NCBI GenBank assembly: GCA_016748015.1
Contig: JAAOMT010000617.1
Location: 380,635 to 444,634 of the forward strand
DNA from: Geosiphon pyriformis uo1
Lineage: Eukaryota; Fungi; Glomeromycota
DNA length: 64,000 bases
Direction: 5' to 3'
Part shown: piece after piece, positions 11,812 through 25,500 of the stretch
Layout: every line of letters begins with the position of its first letter
Numbering within the stretch: position 1 is the first letter of the stretch
The notes under the pieces: model-generated
The model's input: only the letters and a program-made list of their open reading frames with translations
Database searches by the model: none
What the model was told of the DNA's origin: nothing
Made by a program: the position numbers and the translations under genes

Positions 11812-14800
11812 ACACACATTAATAGAAATAAAACTGAATTGTGTTTTATAGCTAATAATAGGATAAAGAACCATTAACACCAAATACAAAAACTGTTTAT
11901 TTGAAATAGTTTTTCTTAACACAAAGTTGGAAAAAAACTGGACATTTAAATGTGTTTTGGCCAAACTAGACTTTAAAAGCCCTTCAATAGACAGAAAAAT
12001 ATTCAAGTAACAATAAAATTTACTCTTTTTGGCAATAAAAATAGACAAATTACTAATTGACAATAAGAGACTTCTGACTTTGCAATTAATAAAAATAACT
12101 ATTATCTTATTATTATTAATAGAAATATCATTGATTTGAACAAATTCACTAACAATATTGAAAATGTATTGGGTAGCAGTTTGACTGCTACCAACTCAAA
12201 TAGTATTATTAATAAAAGCTCTAGCAGTGAAAAATGATGTTAATTCAGTGTAAAATTTTACATAACCAGTTTTGACAATGAAATAAAAATTCAACCTATA
12301 ACCACACACACTTTCCTGTCTCTTGATTTTGCATAAAAAAGGATCATAAAATATGCATTAAAGAAGAAGTAAGAAAACTTCTTTCTGGTCTAAATTATTA
12401 TGTATCCAATATTTACTTATCAATCTAAAATCAGTTATAACTTTGTTGATACAATTATTGTGAATACTACCAAAAAATCTAATGAACTTGTTACATATTT
12501 TTATCCTAATCAAGCTTTTTCTAAGATGCTCTCATTTAACAGAATTATAAGCTTTTTGCATGTCTTATAAGATCAGCCAAAATTCATGGTTCTTTTCCAA
12601 AGCATTTTTAATGACTGAACTGATGGCAAAAATAGAAGATTGTATTATTGTATCCTTTAAAACTGAAAAATTGTTCTTATACAGAACATTAAAAGTGTTA
12701 TATGTTGAAAAAATCTTGTCTAAGAGAATCTTAAAAAGGATTTTATGAGCAGTCTTAATTAAAGCAATAAGTTAGATATTTGTAAAAATGCTCTTCCACT
12801 AATATGGCTTTGGAATTATTGAAACCCAAGCTTTTTTTAAACACTAAGCACCAATTTACAAAACAAACAAGAATTCAAAAGTACTAAAAGCATATCTAAA
12901 ACCGACCTGTTGCAGTGTTTTCAAAGCTTATTTAAGACACCAGAAAGGCCAACAGCTTTGCCATCAGACAGATCAAAAACCACATTGAGCAGCTTATCAA
13001 AACTAATTAGACATATTACATTCAAGAAAGCATTATCAAAAACATATTTCAATGGCTAATATTGTTAAGACCAATTATTAGGAAAAATTTTCACCACTTT
13101 ACATTCCTTAGTCTAGTCCTCTATAATCACATCTACTTTGGCCTTAACCAGCTCAGATTCCAGAATCAGTTTATTACTTATGACCAGATGGTTCAACACT
13201 ACTTTCTAAAAAGGATGTTCAAGTATGTTTCTGATTATGTAATCTTTATTAACCACAAAATTTTCTATTTACTTATTGATAACTGACCTAATTCTAAACT
13301 TTTTAGTTTACAAAGACTTAACAAGCTTGGAAACACAATATAATTTTCTCACACTAAAAAGAGCCAAACATACATGATTAAAATTTACACCAGAATCCAA
13401 CAGAGTCTGAACAGACAAAGTTTTATTAATGTCCAAAGATGCCCAATGAACTATTAAAAAGTCAAACAAACTATTTATACTCTTATAAAAAAATTTTACA
13501 ATTTTTGACACCAAAATTTCCAATTTATAAAACCTAGAGGACTTTTTGGTAAAAATATTATCATAGTCTTTGAACTATATTTTCTTGAAAATCTCATTTG
13601 CAAAAAGACACATCATCTTATGAACAGTATTTTACATAGTATCAAGATCTGAAAATCTATTGGATACAACAAACTCATTAGAAAACATTGCTGTATTAGC
13701 TGCCATAGACTTTTTAAATCTGTGCTACTTAGTTTTATCTGTATTCTTAATGTTAAACTTTTAATAATTCTTATTCACCTATTTACAAAAAAAGTTTAAT
13801 TGTGTATCTAATAACTCACTCAAACTCACAGACATGAAAACAGTGTGATAATTAATATTAAAATGTTCCCCAACATTTAAAACATTACAATATACTACTG
13901 TGTTAACCAAATTTAAAGAAACAAACATATAATTAATAGTTTTTTTAACACCCTTTGAAATTTTTCATGTAGAACTCCTCACAACTAAACTTCTTAACAG
14001 AAAATTGACCAATCCCAGATCAAGACATTTCTTAAAACTAACATATTTGTGCAAACCATTCTTATTGAAATTTCTACTTAAGATGACAAAAAAAGACTTA
14101 TTCATAGTTTTTGCAATCAAAAAGTTGATTTTTCTAGCTTAAGACAAATATACAGCTAATATAGCACTAGTGTACAGCTCCAAAATCAAAACAAACAACT
14201 TATTCTTAAAAAGCAGCTTAATAAACAAAAGTTTACTAGCAACTTCCAAGATTTTGTACACATGTCTTGTTAAATTAATGTTTATAATAATCACAACACT
14301 AAAGTCTAGATGACCAAATTTCAAATTAGAAGTAAATATACAAGCACCTTTAAACTTATTCATAATTTATGGCCTAATAGTAGACCTCAACTTTATTTTA
14401 GTAACAATAGAAACCAAATTACTTAATTCTTTATGTCAACAAATAATGTTTTTTTGCTTGATAGAAATATTGAGACTTTGAACATTACATATAACAAACT
14501 TCCAAACCAGATCTGTTATTAAGAAAAATGAGCAACAGAAACCAAACCAGCATTGTCTACTTTGGTTAATAGACTCATAATTGTAACTGACAAATTGTTT
14601 AAAGTGTCTTTCAATTTAAAGATTATTAATAAATCAAAAACCACCACTTCTACAATAGTCTTACCACTAGTGGCCACACCTGAATCCTCACTTATCACTA
14701 TATCTGCCTCTTGATTCTGTGATGAAGGAGTTACCAATGGCTGACATCCAGGGCTAAGCTGGAAAACCATTGGCTTAGGTGTGTTCAACCTCTTAGCCAA

Positions 14801-15464
14801 CTTATCAACACATTTTGTAAGACTAGTAAGACTACACTCAAGAGTAGCAAACCTATTATTTAATTTCACAGACACTAACAAGATAAGTTTCATTTCTGAA
14901 AAAAAACCAAAATCAACCAAACTATTTTGTGCAAGAAAAAAAAAAGAAAACTCACTAACTACTTTGGCCCAAGAGACATTGCTAAAAGAAACAAAACAGA
15001 AGATTAATGCTAAATGTTTAACATAAATGAATACCAGTCTGCTTTTATTTTCCTCTAATAGCACTTTACAAAATGGGCTATTAGAAAAAGTTTTCTCATT
15101 CACAGAACAGCCTAATAAAGTATAACCTAATTTCTTATATTTAGCATACTTAGCAAAACTCAAATAAAACCAATGCAAATTAATGTCCTTTAGAACAGGT
15201 ATGATCCTTATAACAGCATTTAGTGACTCAACTAAGTCAAAACAAACAACAACACATCTGGTTCAAACATACATAACTGAGTAACAATCAATAACACATG
15301 TTTTTTTATCTACAGAACTAATGAAATCTCAAATGTCATAAGCATTAATATATATTAGCAGTATATAGAGCAGCACCCTATACTAATCCCTTGTATCCTA
15401 TAATTTCTTGTCTAAATTTGTTTTAGTCATTCACACAGCATCTTTTTTAATCAAGATAGACCAC
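11812..15464 (-). mobile_element. Degenerate LINE, ORF1 C-terminus and ORF2 APE-endonuclease/RT region
   Basis: ORF1 remnant 14519-15178 with a decayed knuckle-like 'KYAKYKKLGYTLLGC'; ORF2 begins '(M)TDLVWKFVICNVQSLN' (APE-type N-terminus); decayed coding sequence continues toward 11812; interrupted by the B1 LTR at 15465. Confidence 0.7.
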
Positions 15465-16255
15465 TGTTACTCATAGAAATATAGGGAATATATATTAGCA
15501 TAGTTATTAACCAATCAGAAATAGATGTAGTAAAATGTAAAATTCCAGGATTCCTTTCAAGAATTACAGAATTCCAGGAATTACAGGATTCTCTTAAAGG
15601 AATTGCAGAATTGAAGAATCTCAATTATGTATATATAGCAGTAGGATTAGAAGCTAAAAAGACAGACCTCTCAGTTTAGATTTCATCTAGACAACTTTCC
15701 AAACCACAAATAAATAACTGTTTGTTATTTCAAACTCGCTGCTACTATCAACATAGAGTGTTAATAGTAATTGATACTTAACTACACTAGAATAATAGCT
15801 CTTGATCATGGCTATTGATGGAATACTAACTTGCAAATTGCCTTGGCTTATTTCTTTCTTTCTTTATTTTCTTTTTTTTTCTTTATTTTTTGCCTTAATT
15901 TTATTGTTGTTTACTAATTCTATTAAGGATTAACGCATAGAGTACTGACATCAGGATAAACATGACTGGTAAAAGACCCAAAAATAAGGGTAGAACACTC
16001 GATTGAGAATAGCTTACCAGAAGGAATACCAGCCATCAAGCTGAGAAAGAAATTGATGAAACTGCGGTTTCGGAAAGCTACAAATAAAATTATTACTATT
16101 GAATCTCTGTCCATTATACAAAAAACTCAACCAAATTCTTCAGATACAAACCTTTCAGACACAAACCTTCAGATCACTATCAACTGCAATTAGAGTTGAA
16201 TACCAAGTTATGGGTTTGTTATTTAATCCAACACCAGAAATAGTCACCTGTAACA
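15465..16255 (+). repeat. Family B 5' LTR of B1
   Basis: TG..CA termini; homologous to 34992-35759; TATA-like TATATATAG at ~15630. Confidence 0.88.
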
Positions 16256-16257
16256 TT

Positions 16258-16274
16258 TGGTGCTCCCTATGAAG
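16258..16274 (+). promoter_or_regulatory. Primer-binding site of B1
   Basis: TGGTGCTCCCTATGAAG 2 nt after the LTR; begins with TGG, the complement of tRNA CCA. Confidence 0.85.
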
Positions 16275-19200
16275 TATAATCCTACAGAGAACCAGCACCA
16301 ACACAAATCTAAAAGTGGCGGAATCAGAAAACATAAGAGCAAACCATCTAGGATTTGCAAAATTCTTATTTCAACACTACTGTCAACATTTGGAATTAAA
16401 TCACAACCACATATCAGCAGAATCAGCTTTCAATTTCTACATTAACAAAAAATTGCCTATCTGTTAGAAACACCAGTAAATATCGAATTGGCAAGAGAAG
16501 TCTTTTACAGTGAATTAATTCAAAATACCAACCTGTCAACAAATCACAATTTCACCTCCATTATCATAGAAATCAACAAAAAAATTGAACACCACACACA
16601 GCAAAGATACTCCATTACTTATATGAGCAAAGATAAAGGAAAACTGCAAACACCCAAAAAAATACAACTACCTACTTGGAAGAAAACAAGAGTTGAGTCC
16701 CCAACTAATCCATCATACCACTATATACCTGGAAGCATCATTAATATTACATTTACTGGTGTGGCCACATCAAACATGACATCAGCATTTGGACAATTCT
16801 CATTCCAAAGTAAACAAAAGAAAGCAGAGTTATTAAAACCATATGGCATGTATTTTAAAGAATTTAACTTGTAATTATCAATGCCATCAGGACTCTGATC
16901 ACCACTGCCTCCTTTAGATTTCAGAATTTCTGATCTATGGGAAGTAACGAAATCAGAAGAAGAAGAAGAAGAAGAAACTAAAGATCAAGAATTTACTTAC
17001 CAAAACCCAATCACTAAAAACCTGGAATTTGAAACCCCAAATCTTCAAACACAGCAAAACCTAAATCCAGAAAATCCGGAAATCAAAACTCCGAATATTC
17101 AGACACCACCAACTCAGGATAATCAAAACTCCAATTTAATAAATCAACAAAACTTACCTCCAGTAATTGTTATCAATTAACCACCGATTAATCCAATAGC
17201 CAAACTTATACAGCAGTTACTTCAATTACCACCCCAACAACTCATGCAACAACAACCACTTTAACAGCCACCACAACAATCCAACTTAGATCCAATGGTC
17301 TATACACCAATTGCAAAACTTGACAATTTTACTGGCAAAGAGAACAATGCCCAAATATGGCTTAATGACATTGAAAAAGCCATAGTGGCCAACGGATGGA
17401 ATGACGGTAGAGCCCTTTAAGTAATCCTCTATTTTTTCAAAGATACTGCCAACTTGTGGTATCAGAGCCTAGCCACCAAACCACAAACCTTTAATGAGTT
17501 CAAAACAGAATTCTTGAAATACTTTAGTAATAACAATAGTATCAATTACTTAACCAACACATTTACTACTATCAAACAAGAAGACACAAAAGCAGTCACC
17601 ACTTACTTGGAATGCTTCCATAGAAATCTGTGCCAAATTCAGGCAATTCAAGCTAATTACTTTACAGTGCCACAGATCTTGAACCAGTTCATCAGAAGAT
17701 TGCATAGTAGCATCCTTCAGTGAGTATGTCCAATGCATCCAGTTGATCTCCCAACCACCATCACCCACACTAGAGATTTTGAAGCAGCCAAGCTAGAAGC
17801 CAACCATGTCCAAGCTGTAAATTTAGTGATAAACGAATTATCTGACTTGGATTCCAAACTAAAACAATTTAGTAATACAATCAATCAGAAACTAGAAGAA
17901 TACTTAGCTAACAATTGTGCAATCTATTAACCACCACAACAACACAATAATTCAGAAAACACAAATCATTTCCAAAATCAGCTGCATTCATTAACATCAT
18001 CATCATTATTGTTACCCAATCAGCCGTGATAGCCAGAAACATGTGTTTGCCACAACTGTGGTAAACAAAGTCACATTAGAGCTGACTGTTAATTTTATAG
18101 CAACAATCTATGATCAGAAAATCAATATCAAAACTCTGATTGCAGATTTCAGACTCAGAATTACTACCCAAATCAAGATCAATATCAAACCATTTACCTG
18201 CCAATGACACAGCAACCAATCTATCAACCACCAGTATATCAACTTCCAATTTATCAACTGCAGCCACCAGTAATTTATTAGCTGTAGCCCCAAATAATTT
18301 ATCAGTCCCAACAACCAATTCAAACACCATTCCAAAACCCCACTCAAATGACATCAGAAAACCCAAGATCTAGAATCACTTAAAACTGGAGATCAGCAAT
18401 GGTTGTTCATTAACCGATCCCCAGCTCCTCTCACCAACTATTAGGCTCTCAACAGTAGAATCTGGGTACTGGTTCCACCCAAAACCCAAATTCCCAGAAC
18501 TATTTAAGTTTTCTGGTTATTCCAGAAGATGCCACCACCAACAACTCGGAATTCAACCCACCCCAAACAACACTCACCAACAATATTCCACCAGCAACAG
18601 TTACTGAAAATGAATCTCTTGCAGCCATCTTTCCTTTTGAATTGGAAGAAATCATCAACCCACTTTTGTTTAGTAGAGCAGCACTTGAGGAGAAACCCAT
18701 CACCACAATGTACACTGATGCGAAAGTTGATGGTCACTCCATCAAACTGATCCTAGATAGTAGATCAGCTGACAGCATCATTACAAGACAACTCATGGAT
18801 CAATTAGGTCATCAAGTTGATCACACTGCCAGCACCAGGATTATTACAGCTGATGAAGTGACCAAAACACCCATTGGAGAGATTAATGATTTCCCCATAG
18901 AAGTCAATGGCATCATAATACTAATCAAAGTACTCATCATAGAAGCCACTCAATACTAAGCACTCGTTAAGAACAACTGGCTGTTCAAAACTAACACGAC
19001 CCTAGATTGGAACACAAAAGCTCCAGCTTAGCCAGAACAGTTGACACACACGGTGTTACTGGAGGTTTTTGGTCTTTTCTTAGCTCTTGTATGTTTATTG
19101 TAATGCTGTTAATTCACAACTATGGGAAGTGTTTGAACCTTTGATAACTGAATTTATCTTCAAATTATCTTCTATAATTTGAACTGCTGGGCTTATAAGT

Positions 19201-19850
19201 AGAATGACCAGTTCTGTGCCAGTTGCTTTGTGTAGTTACGTTGTAGTAAACATCAACTCTTTCCCAGAAATTGCTCATCTGAAAGCTCACTAAAAATGTG
19301 TAGTTACTTTGCTATGAAAGTCAACTCTTTTACAGAAATCTCATCTGTAGGCTACCCTAATGATTAAAATAAAAAAATAAAATAAAAAAAATAAAAAAAA
19401 TGTAAAAGAAATAGAATTCTGTCAAGAAAAACGTTTTTTATTCAGGCCTGGAGTCACTAACAGTTTACTGAAATTGGTAGCTAATCAATTTCAAAACGTT
19501 AGTTGGGTTTTGGGGATTTTCCAAGTACAATAATTAAAGAATTTGGTTTTTTAAATTATTTGGTATTTATTTTTTTTTGTGTATGTGGGAATGGTTCTAA
19601 GTGATAAATCTAAAGTAAGATATATTTTCTCGAAGAAAGAAGCTCTTCTTTTATACAACTTGTCATAACACTATTCTATAAACTTGAACTTTGCTCTTTT
19701 CTACAATTTTACTGAACTAAAGATACATTTCAGCAAATTACAAGTTATTTCTGCAAACTATTAAATATTTTGGTGAACTATCAATTATTTCAGCAAATTT
19801 TTACAAATTTTGGTGAACTTTTGAATGTTACATATTTCGGGGTATTGTAT

Positions 19851-20528
19851 TATTACGGGTTGGAGTAACAAGCTAACGGATAGCAAGGGAGAACAGTATT
19901 GTATAGTGATAGAAATAAACAAAGAGGGAATTACAATAAGGGAGCGAATTGAATAAGTAGGAATTCAATGTGCATGATCAGTCTCATAAAAATCACAGTC
20001 ACTAATCTTTTCTTAAATCTGAAGATAGAGGAATAGTCTGTGATTGTCAACAAGATAACACTACTGCTATTATTTTATGCCTCAATTCAGCGATTCTTAG
20101 AATCAATAACAGGTATCATTGTACTTTTCAATCGTTTCTTTATTCAATGAATTACAAGAGCAAGCCAATTGCTTCTCAGGCTAATTCTAACAAATACAAA
20201 TCAAGAAGAGGAAAAGATAAGGTATGTGAATGCCAACAAGTAGATACTTGAAGGTAAGGAAAGAAGAATAAGAAATTATAAGAGAAAGTAATTGATATTG
20301 TTTATTTCGTTACTTTGATCATGTCTTTCTACAGCTAAGGGAATCATCACTTATATAGTTATCTAAAGTAGTCAATGATCAGGTTAATGATCAGGTCAAT
20401 GATCAGGTCAATGATCAGATCATTGATCAGGTCAACGATCACTATCTAAAAATAGGATGGCTAATTATATGACATTAGTGGCTAATACATGTGATAACTA
20501 ATAAAAACTATGGGTTTTAACCATAATA
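19851..20528 (-). repeat. Family C 3' LTR
   Basis: Direct repeat of 26847-27512; termini decayed to TA..TA. Confidence 0.92.
20370..20440. repeat. 12-bp tandem repeat (GTCAATGATCAG x ~6) in family C U3
   Basis: Visible directly; about 5 units in the other LTR (27366-27422); lies upstream of minus-strand TATATAAG (~20350-20357). Confidence 0.9.
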
Positions 20529-21250
20529 TCATCCTCTCCAAAGAGATTGAGCTCTGGCAAAATCAAGCTATTTATGGGATAGTCTATGTGAAGAGTTTTG
20601 TTTAACTCAAAACTAGCTAGTTTGTTGAAGTTTTTTGTGGATAGAGTATATAATACTTGAAGTGAAATAAGTTTTGTATCCAAGAGACCAAATCTTTGTA
20701 TAAGAGTTCTGGCTCTTCTAGCAATGGTCAAAACTCTTGGGACATCCAATTGTATAATGCCCAAAATTTCCCCTTGTATCTCTGAAGTTGTTTTTTTCAT
20801 GAGCTTTATGTCTTCTATGATTTCACCAAGATGACCATAGAGTTCTAGTTGTCTTCCATATGACAAGTTTTTGTTTATGGGCAAGATTTCTTGTATCGTT
20901 TTTCCAATTGTGCTGGAAGGTGAAAGTATCACTGCTGTTATGCTTTCCAGCAGGTATTTATTTATTTTGCCACCAATTCTTTCTCTTCTGGTAGTTGTTT
21001 TCTTTGGTCTGATAACAGTATGAATTCCACTGTTGTCTGTTATGGTGGTTTGTTTTCTGATAGTCAGAGTAGCATTTGGATAGTTCTTGATCCAGTACTC
21101 ATGGAAAGTATAGAAAGTGTTTTGAATATTTTGATCCAGGAAATAATTGTTCATATTGATTGAAGATACCTCTGTTTTGGGAATGGTGCATTTATTTATA
21201 TCTAATTTTTGCCAATCATTTGGGTCAGTATTACCACAACAGGTAACCAA
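20498..21250 (-). CDS. Family C ORF3, uninterrupted, unknown function; reads through the PPT into the 3' LTR
   Basis: 250-codon open frame (first ATG 21154); 'LYGHLGE..ARRARTLI..LQVLYTLSTKNF' resembles the motif spacing of family A/B ORF3. Confidence 0.65.
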   Translation of the reverse strand: MVTCCGNTDPNDWQKLDINKCTIPKTEVSSINMNNYFLDQNIQNTFYTFHEYWIKNYPNATLTIRKQTTITDNSGIHTVIRPKKTTTRRERIGGKINKYLLESITAVILSPSSTIGKTIQEILPINKNLSYGRQLELYGHLGEIIEDIKLMKKTTSEIQGEILGIIQLDVPRVLTIARRARTLIQRFGLLDTKLISLQVLYTLSTKNFNKLASFELNKTLHIDYPINSLILPELNLFGEDDIMVKTHSFY

Positions 21251-21255
21251 TCAAG

Positions 21256-22509
21256 TCATTTGTGATATTTCTTGAGTCGTGTGCCATAAACAGGGTGATC
21301 ATTGAAGATTGTTTTATATTGATCTTGTAAGATATAAAAACTATTGTTCAAAACTTTGTTGACTATAAAAGATCCTTTCCAGCAGCTGGAGAATTTATCA
21401 CCATAGACATTGTCTCTGTCTAAACAGTATTCCAAAACTAAGTCACCAATACTTAAGGAAAGTGTTTTATAGGTTTTTTTCTTTTTGAGCTTCTCTTGGA
21501 ACTGTTTTATCTTTTCAAAGGCAATTATCCGTGCTTCTACCAATGAGTCAAGAATGGTACCAAGTTTTCTTTGCAAAATGTCCTTGTAATCTCCTATTGT
21601 TATTTCTTCAAAAGGTATTGTTTCTATATCCATTTCTATTGGTAGAGTTGCCATTCGTCCATAGAGCAGATAAAAAGGTTCATAATTTGTTATGTCATGA
21701 TTCACAGTTCTGTAGGCGAACAAAGCTGAAGGCAATACTTTGTCTCATAGGTTGGTTTCTTCACTGGTTTTGGCTAAGGTTTCACATAGTGTTTTATTAA
21801 AATGTTCCACTAAGCCATTTTTTTGGAGGTGATAAGGGGATGAGAGTTTATGATGTATTCCCAATTTTCTACAAAGTTCTTTAACCAGTGTACTGAGAAA
21901 AGCTCTTCCTCTATCAGATAAAAGTTCTTTGGGGCAGCCATGGCAACAAATAATATCTTCATAAATGAATTTGGCAATTGAGACTGCTGTTTGATCTGGA
22001 GTGGCTTTTGCTTCTACCCACTTTGTAAGATAGTCGGTAGCTGTGATAATGTATCTGTTAATATTAGGAGTTACTGTTAAAGGTCCAACAACATCTATAC
22101 CAATTTTGTCAAATGGTTGACCAATAGAGATTGGATGAATATCTTCCTTGCGATTGGGTTTTCTTCTTCTTTGGCAGGTATCACAGGTTTTGATGTATTC
22201 AGCAATGTCTTTTTCCAAGATAGGCCAATAATAGTGAGCTAAAGTTTTCTGAATCATTTTTGTTTTTCCAAAGTGTCCAGCTAATGGATTAGTGTGCATA
22301 TTGTAGATCACAATTTCTCTTTCTTCAAATCTAATGACTCTCTGAGGGCGGTCAGAATCTTTTTTATTTCTTTTATATAACTGGTTCTGGCAAATCAAAT
22401 AGAAATTTGATTGTTTGCGCAAATGTTTTCTTTGCTGTCAAGTATAGTCTGGTGGGTATTGTCTTTTACCCAAAAATTTCATTAAGGCAGAGTAGTTGTC
22501 CAAGTCTAT
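21256..22509 (-). pseudogene. Stand-alone integrase ORF of C
   Basis: H..H/CDTC zinc motif, 'GIDVVGP', 'LLSDRG', 'NGLVE', GPY/F-like 'WKGSF'; start decayed to ATA at 22509; one internal stop at 21745. Confidence 0.85.
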
Positions 22510-22574
22510 TATCGTGTTTGTTTGTGGAAAAGTTACAAATAATTAAGTTGGTTTGGTTTGAGAGGGTTTTACTA

Positions 22575-25500
22575 TCACTGGATGGTAAGTCTGGAGAGAG
22601 TGTCGGTGTTTTGATAATTAGCTCTTTTGTGATGTTGAATTCATTTAAGTAGAGTATTCAGTGAGTTATCCGTTTATGTTCCAGGTTTTTTTTGTTGCAT
22701 AGCCAAACCAAAGCTTGATGATCTGTTACCACCAAAAATTTTACACCTTTAAGATATTTGTCCCAATAGCTGGTAGTCCAAACTACTGCTAAGTATTCTT
22801 GCTCTGTGACTAAGTAGTTCCTTTCTGCTGGTGTAAGAGTTCTACTGGCATATGCTACGGCATGTTCTCTGTTATCTTCATCTTTCTGGGAAAGAACAGC
22901 ACCAAGTCCATAGCCAAATGCATCAGTATGGAGGATAAAAGGTTGATTCAGATTAGGTTGCATGAGGATAGGTTCTGTAACCAGTTTTTCTTTTAGAATT
23001 TCAAATGCTTTTTGTTGATGAGTGCTCCAGTGATAATTGATGTTTTTCCTAAATAGCTGATTGAGAGGAGTGGTGATTTTGGAGAAATTCTTGACAAACT
23101 TGCAATAATAAGAGGCCAAACCAAGAAAAGAGCATAGTTCATGAACATTTATTGGTTGTCTAATGTTTTGAACTTTTTCAATTTTGGCTGGATCAGGGAA
23201 GATTCCATCTTTTGTAATAAGATGGCCAAGGAACTGGGTGGATTGATGTCCAAAGAATGATTTGATTGTATTGATCTTGAGGCCAGCATTTCTAAGGAGG
23301 TCAAAAACCTTTTGCAAATGTTCAAGGTGTTCATCCCAAGTTTTTGAGTATACCATTATGTCATTCAAGTAGACTAGAACAAAGTTTTTTTTTACTGATT
23401 CAAATACTTTGTTTATTAAGCATTGAAAGGTGGGAGGAGCATTTGTGAGACCAAAAGCCATAACTGTGAATTCATAGGTGCTATACTTGGTGATGAAAAC
23501 AATTTTTTTTCTGCTTTCTGGATCTATCTCTACTTGTCAGAATCCAGCAGTTAAGTCAATGGTTGAGAAGAAAGTGGCACCATGGAATTGGTCTAACATT
23601 GCATCAATCTTGGAAAGTGGGTACATGTCTCTTTCAGTAATGACATTTAATTGGCAATAGTCAACACAAAAGCATAGGGTTTCTCCTTTCTTGGATACCA
23701 CTACAACTGAGAATGCCCATTCACTCTTGGTTTCCTGTATGAATCCAAGGATTTTCATTTGGATTATTTCCTTTTTGATAAACTCATCATTGTGCTGGTT
23801 GGATTGATAGAGCTTCAAATGAATAGAGCGAGTTTCTCTGGTAATAATAGTGTGTTGTATCACATGTATACGTCCAGGAGGTTCACCTTCTTTTGAGACA
23901 ACTGGGCTGTTTCTAGCCAGCAGATTTTCAATGTCTATCTTTCTTTCTTCTGGAGAGAATTCTCTTTGTTCTACAACCAGTGATTGGATTTCAGGTGGTT
24001 CATTTTCAAAAGACTTTTGGACTTCTTTTATTTCTTCACGGGATATCAAGCTGATTGGTTCTCAATCTTTGTAATAGATCAGGCAGGACATGCATTTATC
24101 ACTAGGAGAATACAATGGTTTGTTGCACCAGCACTGGGCACAAGGACCATGCCACCAATAACTGTATTTGGCTTTCTTGCCTGGCTTTCTGTCAAAGGTT
24201 CTTTTAAGCATGTTATAATAAGGCCAGCAGATCAGCTTGCCATTGACAATAATTTCTTCTTTATCTGCCTTGACATTATCCAGTGGTTTGTCATTGCTGG
24301 TAAAGATGGTATAGGCAAATTCAGCAGTTTTTTCTTGTTCTTTTTGTTCTTCTTCTTCCTTACTTTCTTTATCATCTGATTCATCTGATTCATTTTCTTT
24401 TGGGCTTTGCTTGGATACTGGGGGAGTTGTCCAATAGTGACAGTTAACCACAATAGGTTTCTCACCACATTTGATGGTTAGTTCACAGAGTTCATAATCA
24501 AGCAAAGCTTTTGCTTTCTTAAACCATTCATTGCCAACAATAATGGTGTATTCTTTCACTTCAGATACTTCCATATCAGTTTTAATGCTGATGCCATTGA
24601 TGCAGACAGGAATAGCTTTGGCTATGCCAAGCCCTTTCTTCTTATCACCATGCACATTGGTCATTGGTCGTGTAGATGGTTCATCAATTTTTCTGCCAAT
24701 TGCTTCAAGAAAGTGTTTGGCAATAACACTAACAGATAATCTACTGTCTAGGATCAAATTGATAAAGTAGCCAGCCACTTGGGCTTTGCAAATTAGAGGA
24801 GTGACATTGCTATTGTCAGCAAGTCCAGCTTGGCAAGGACGTTTGTTGGTTTTAGGTGTCTTTTTCTTTAGAATCAGAGATTTGTGAAGATCTTTTCTGA
24901 ATTGTGGAGGGGTCATTAATTGGCCAAAGGTTATATGTGCTGGGGTTTTCATGAGGTTTTTGACAACAGAATAGGGGCCGGATTTTTGTACTATTTCTGG
25001 GAGTTCCAACTTTGGAGGGTTTTTGAAAACTTTGGCTTTGGGGGGCTCATTGTTGTCAGCAGTTGATATAGAAGCTTTATTGGGGTCCAGAATGAAATCA
25101 ACTTTGGCTTTCTTCTTCTTTCTTGTGGATTCAGAGGGGTTGATTGCTAATTCATCCATGTCATAGTTATCATCAGTTAAGTTAAAAGCGTAAAAGGGGT
25201 TTTCTTCTGGTTGGCTTGCACTCTCACCCTTTGGAGGTGCACCTACCAGTTTAAAAGCTGATAAACAGTGGCTTCAACTAGAGGATCCTCTCCAAAGAAA
25301 TTGATGTTGGCATGATTGGGTCTTTGATTGGGCACATTGTTGTTGTTGAGTCTGTTGTTCTGAACATCATTGTTTCTGGAAACTGGTGAAGACAGTGGAG
25401 GATTGTTGTAATCTCTTGAAAGTGTCCAGTTAATCCACAGCAATAGTATACAGGTGGGCCACGATTTTGTTGTCTTTGATAAGGTGGTTGTTGGGGCTGA

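Larger units (their letters stand above)
15465..19053 (+). mobile_element. Ty3/Gypsy element B1, 5' part (LTR, PBS, gag, protease), interrupted by A2
   Basis: LTR 15465-16255 (TGTTAC..GTAACA), PBS 16258-16274, gag (17454-17930) with CHNCGKQSH knuckle, protease 'LILDSRSA' (18642-18959); remainder not found in the window. Confidence 0.88.

Noticed and set aside
19847-19850. Strict CpG-targeted integration (all TSDs could derive from nCGn)
   Set aside because: Uninterrupted family A homologs show GCAT and CCAC/TCAC at two target sites, so those targets were probably CA/TG; only a YR preference is supported.
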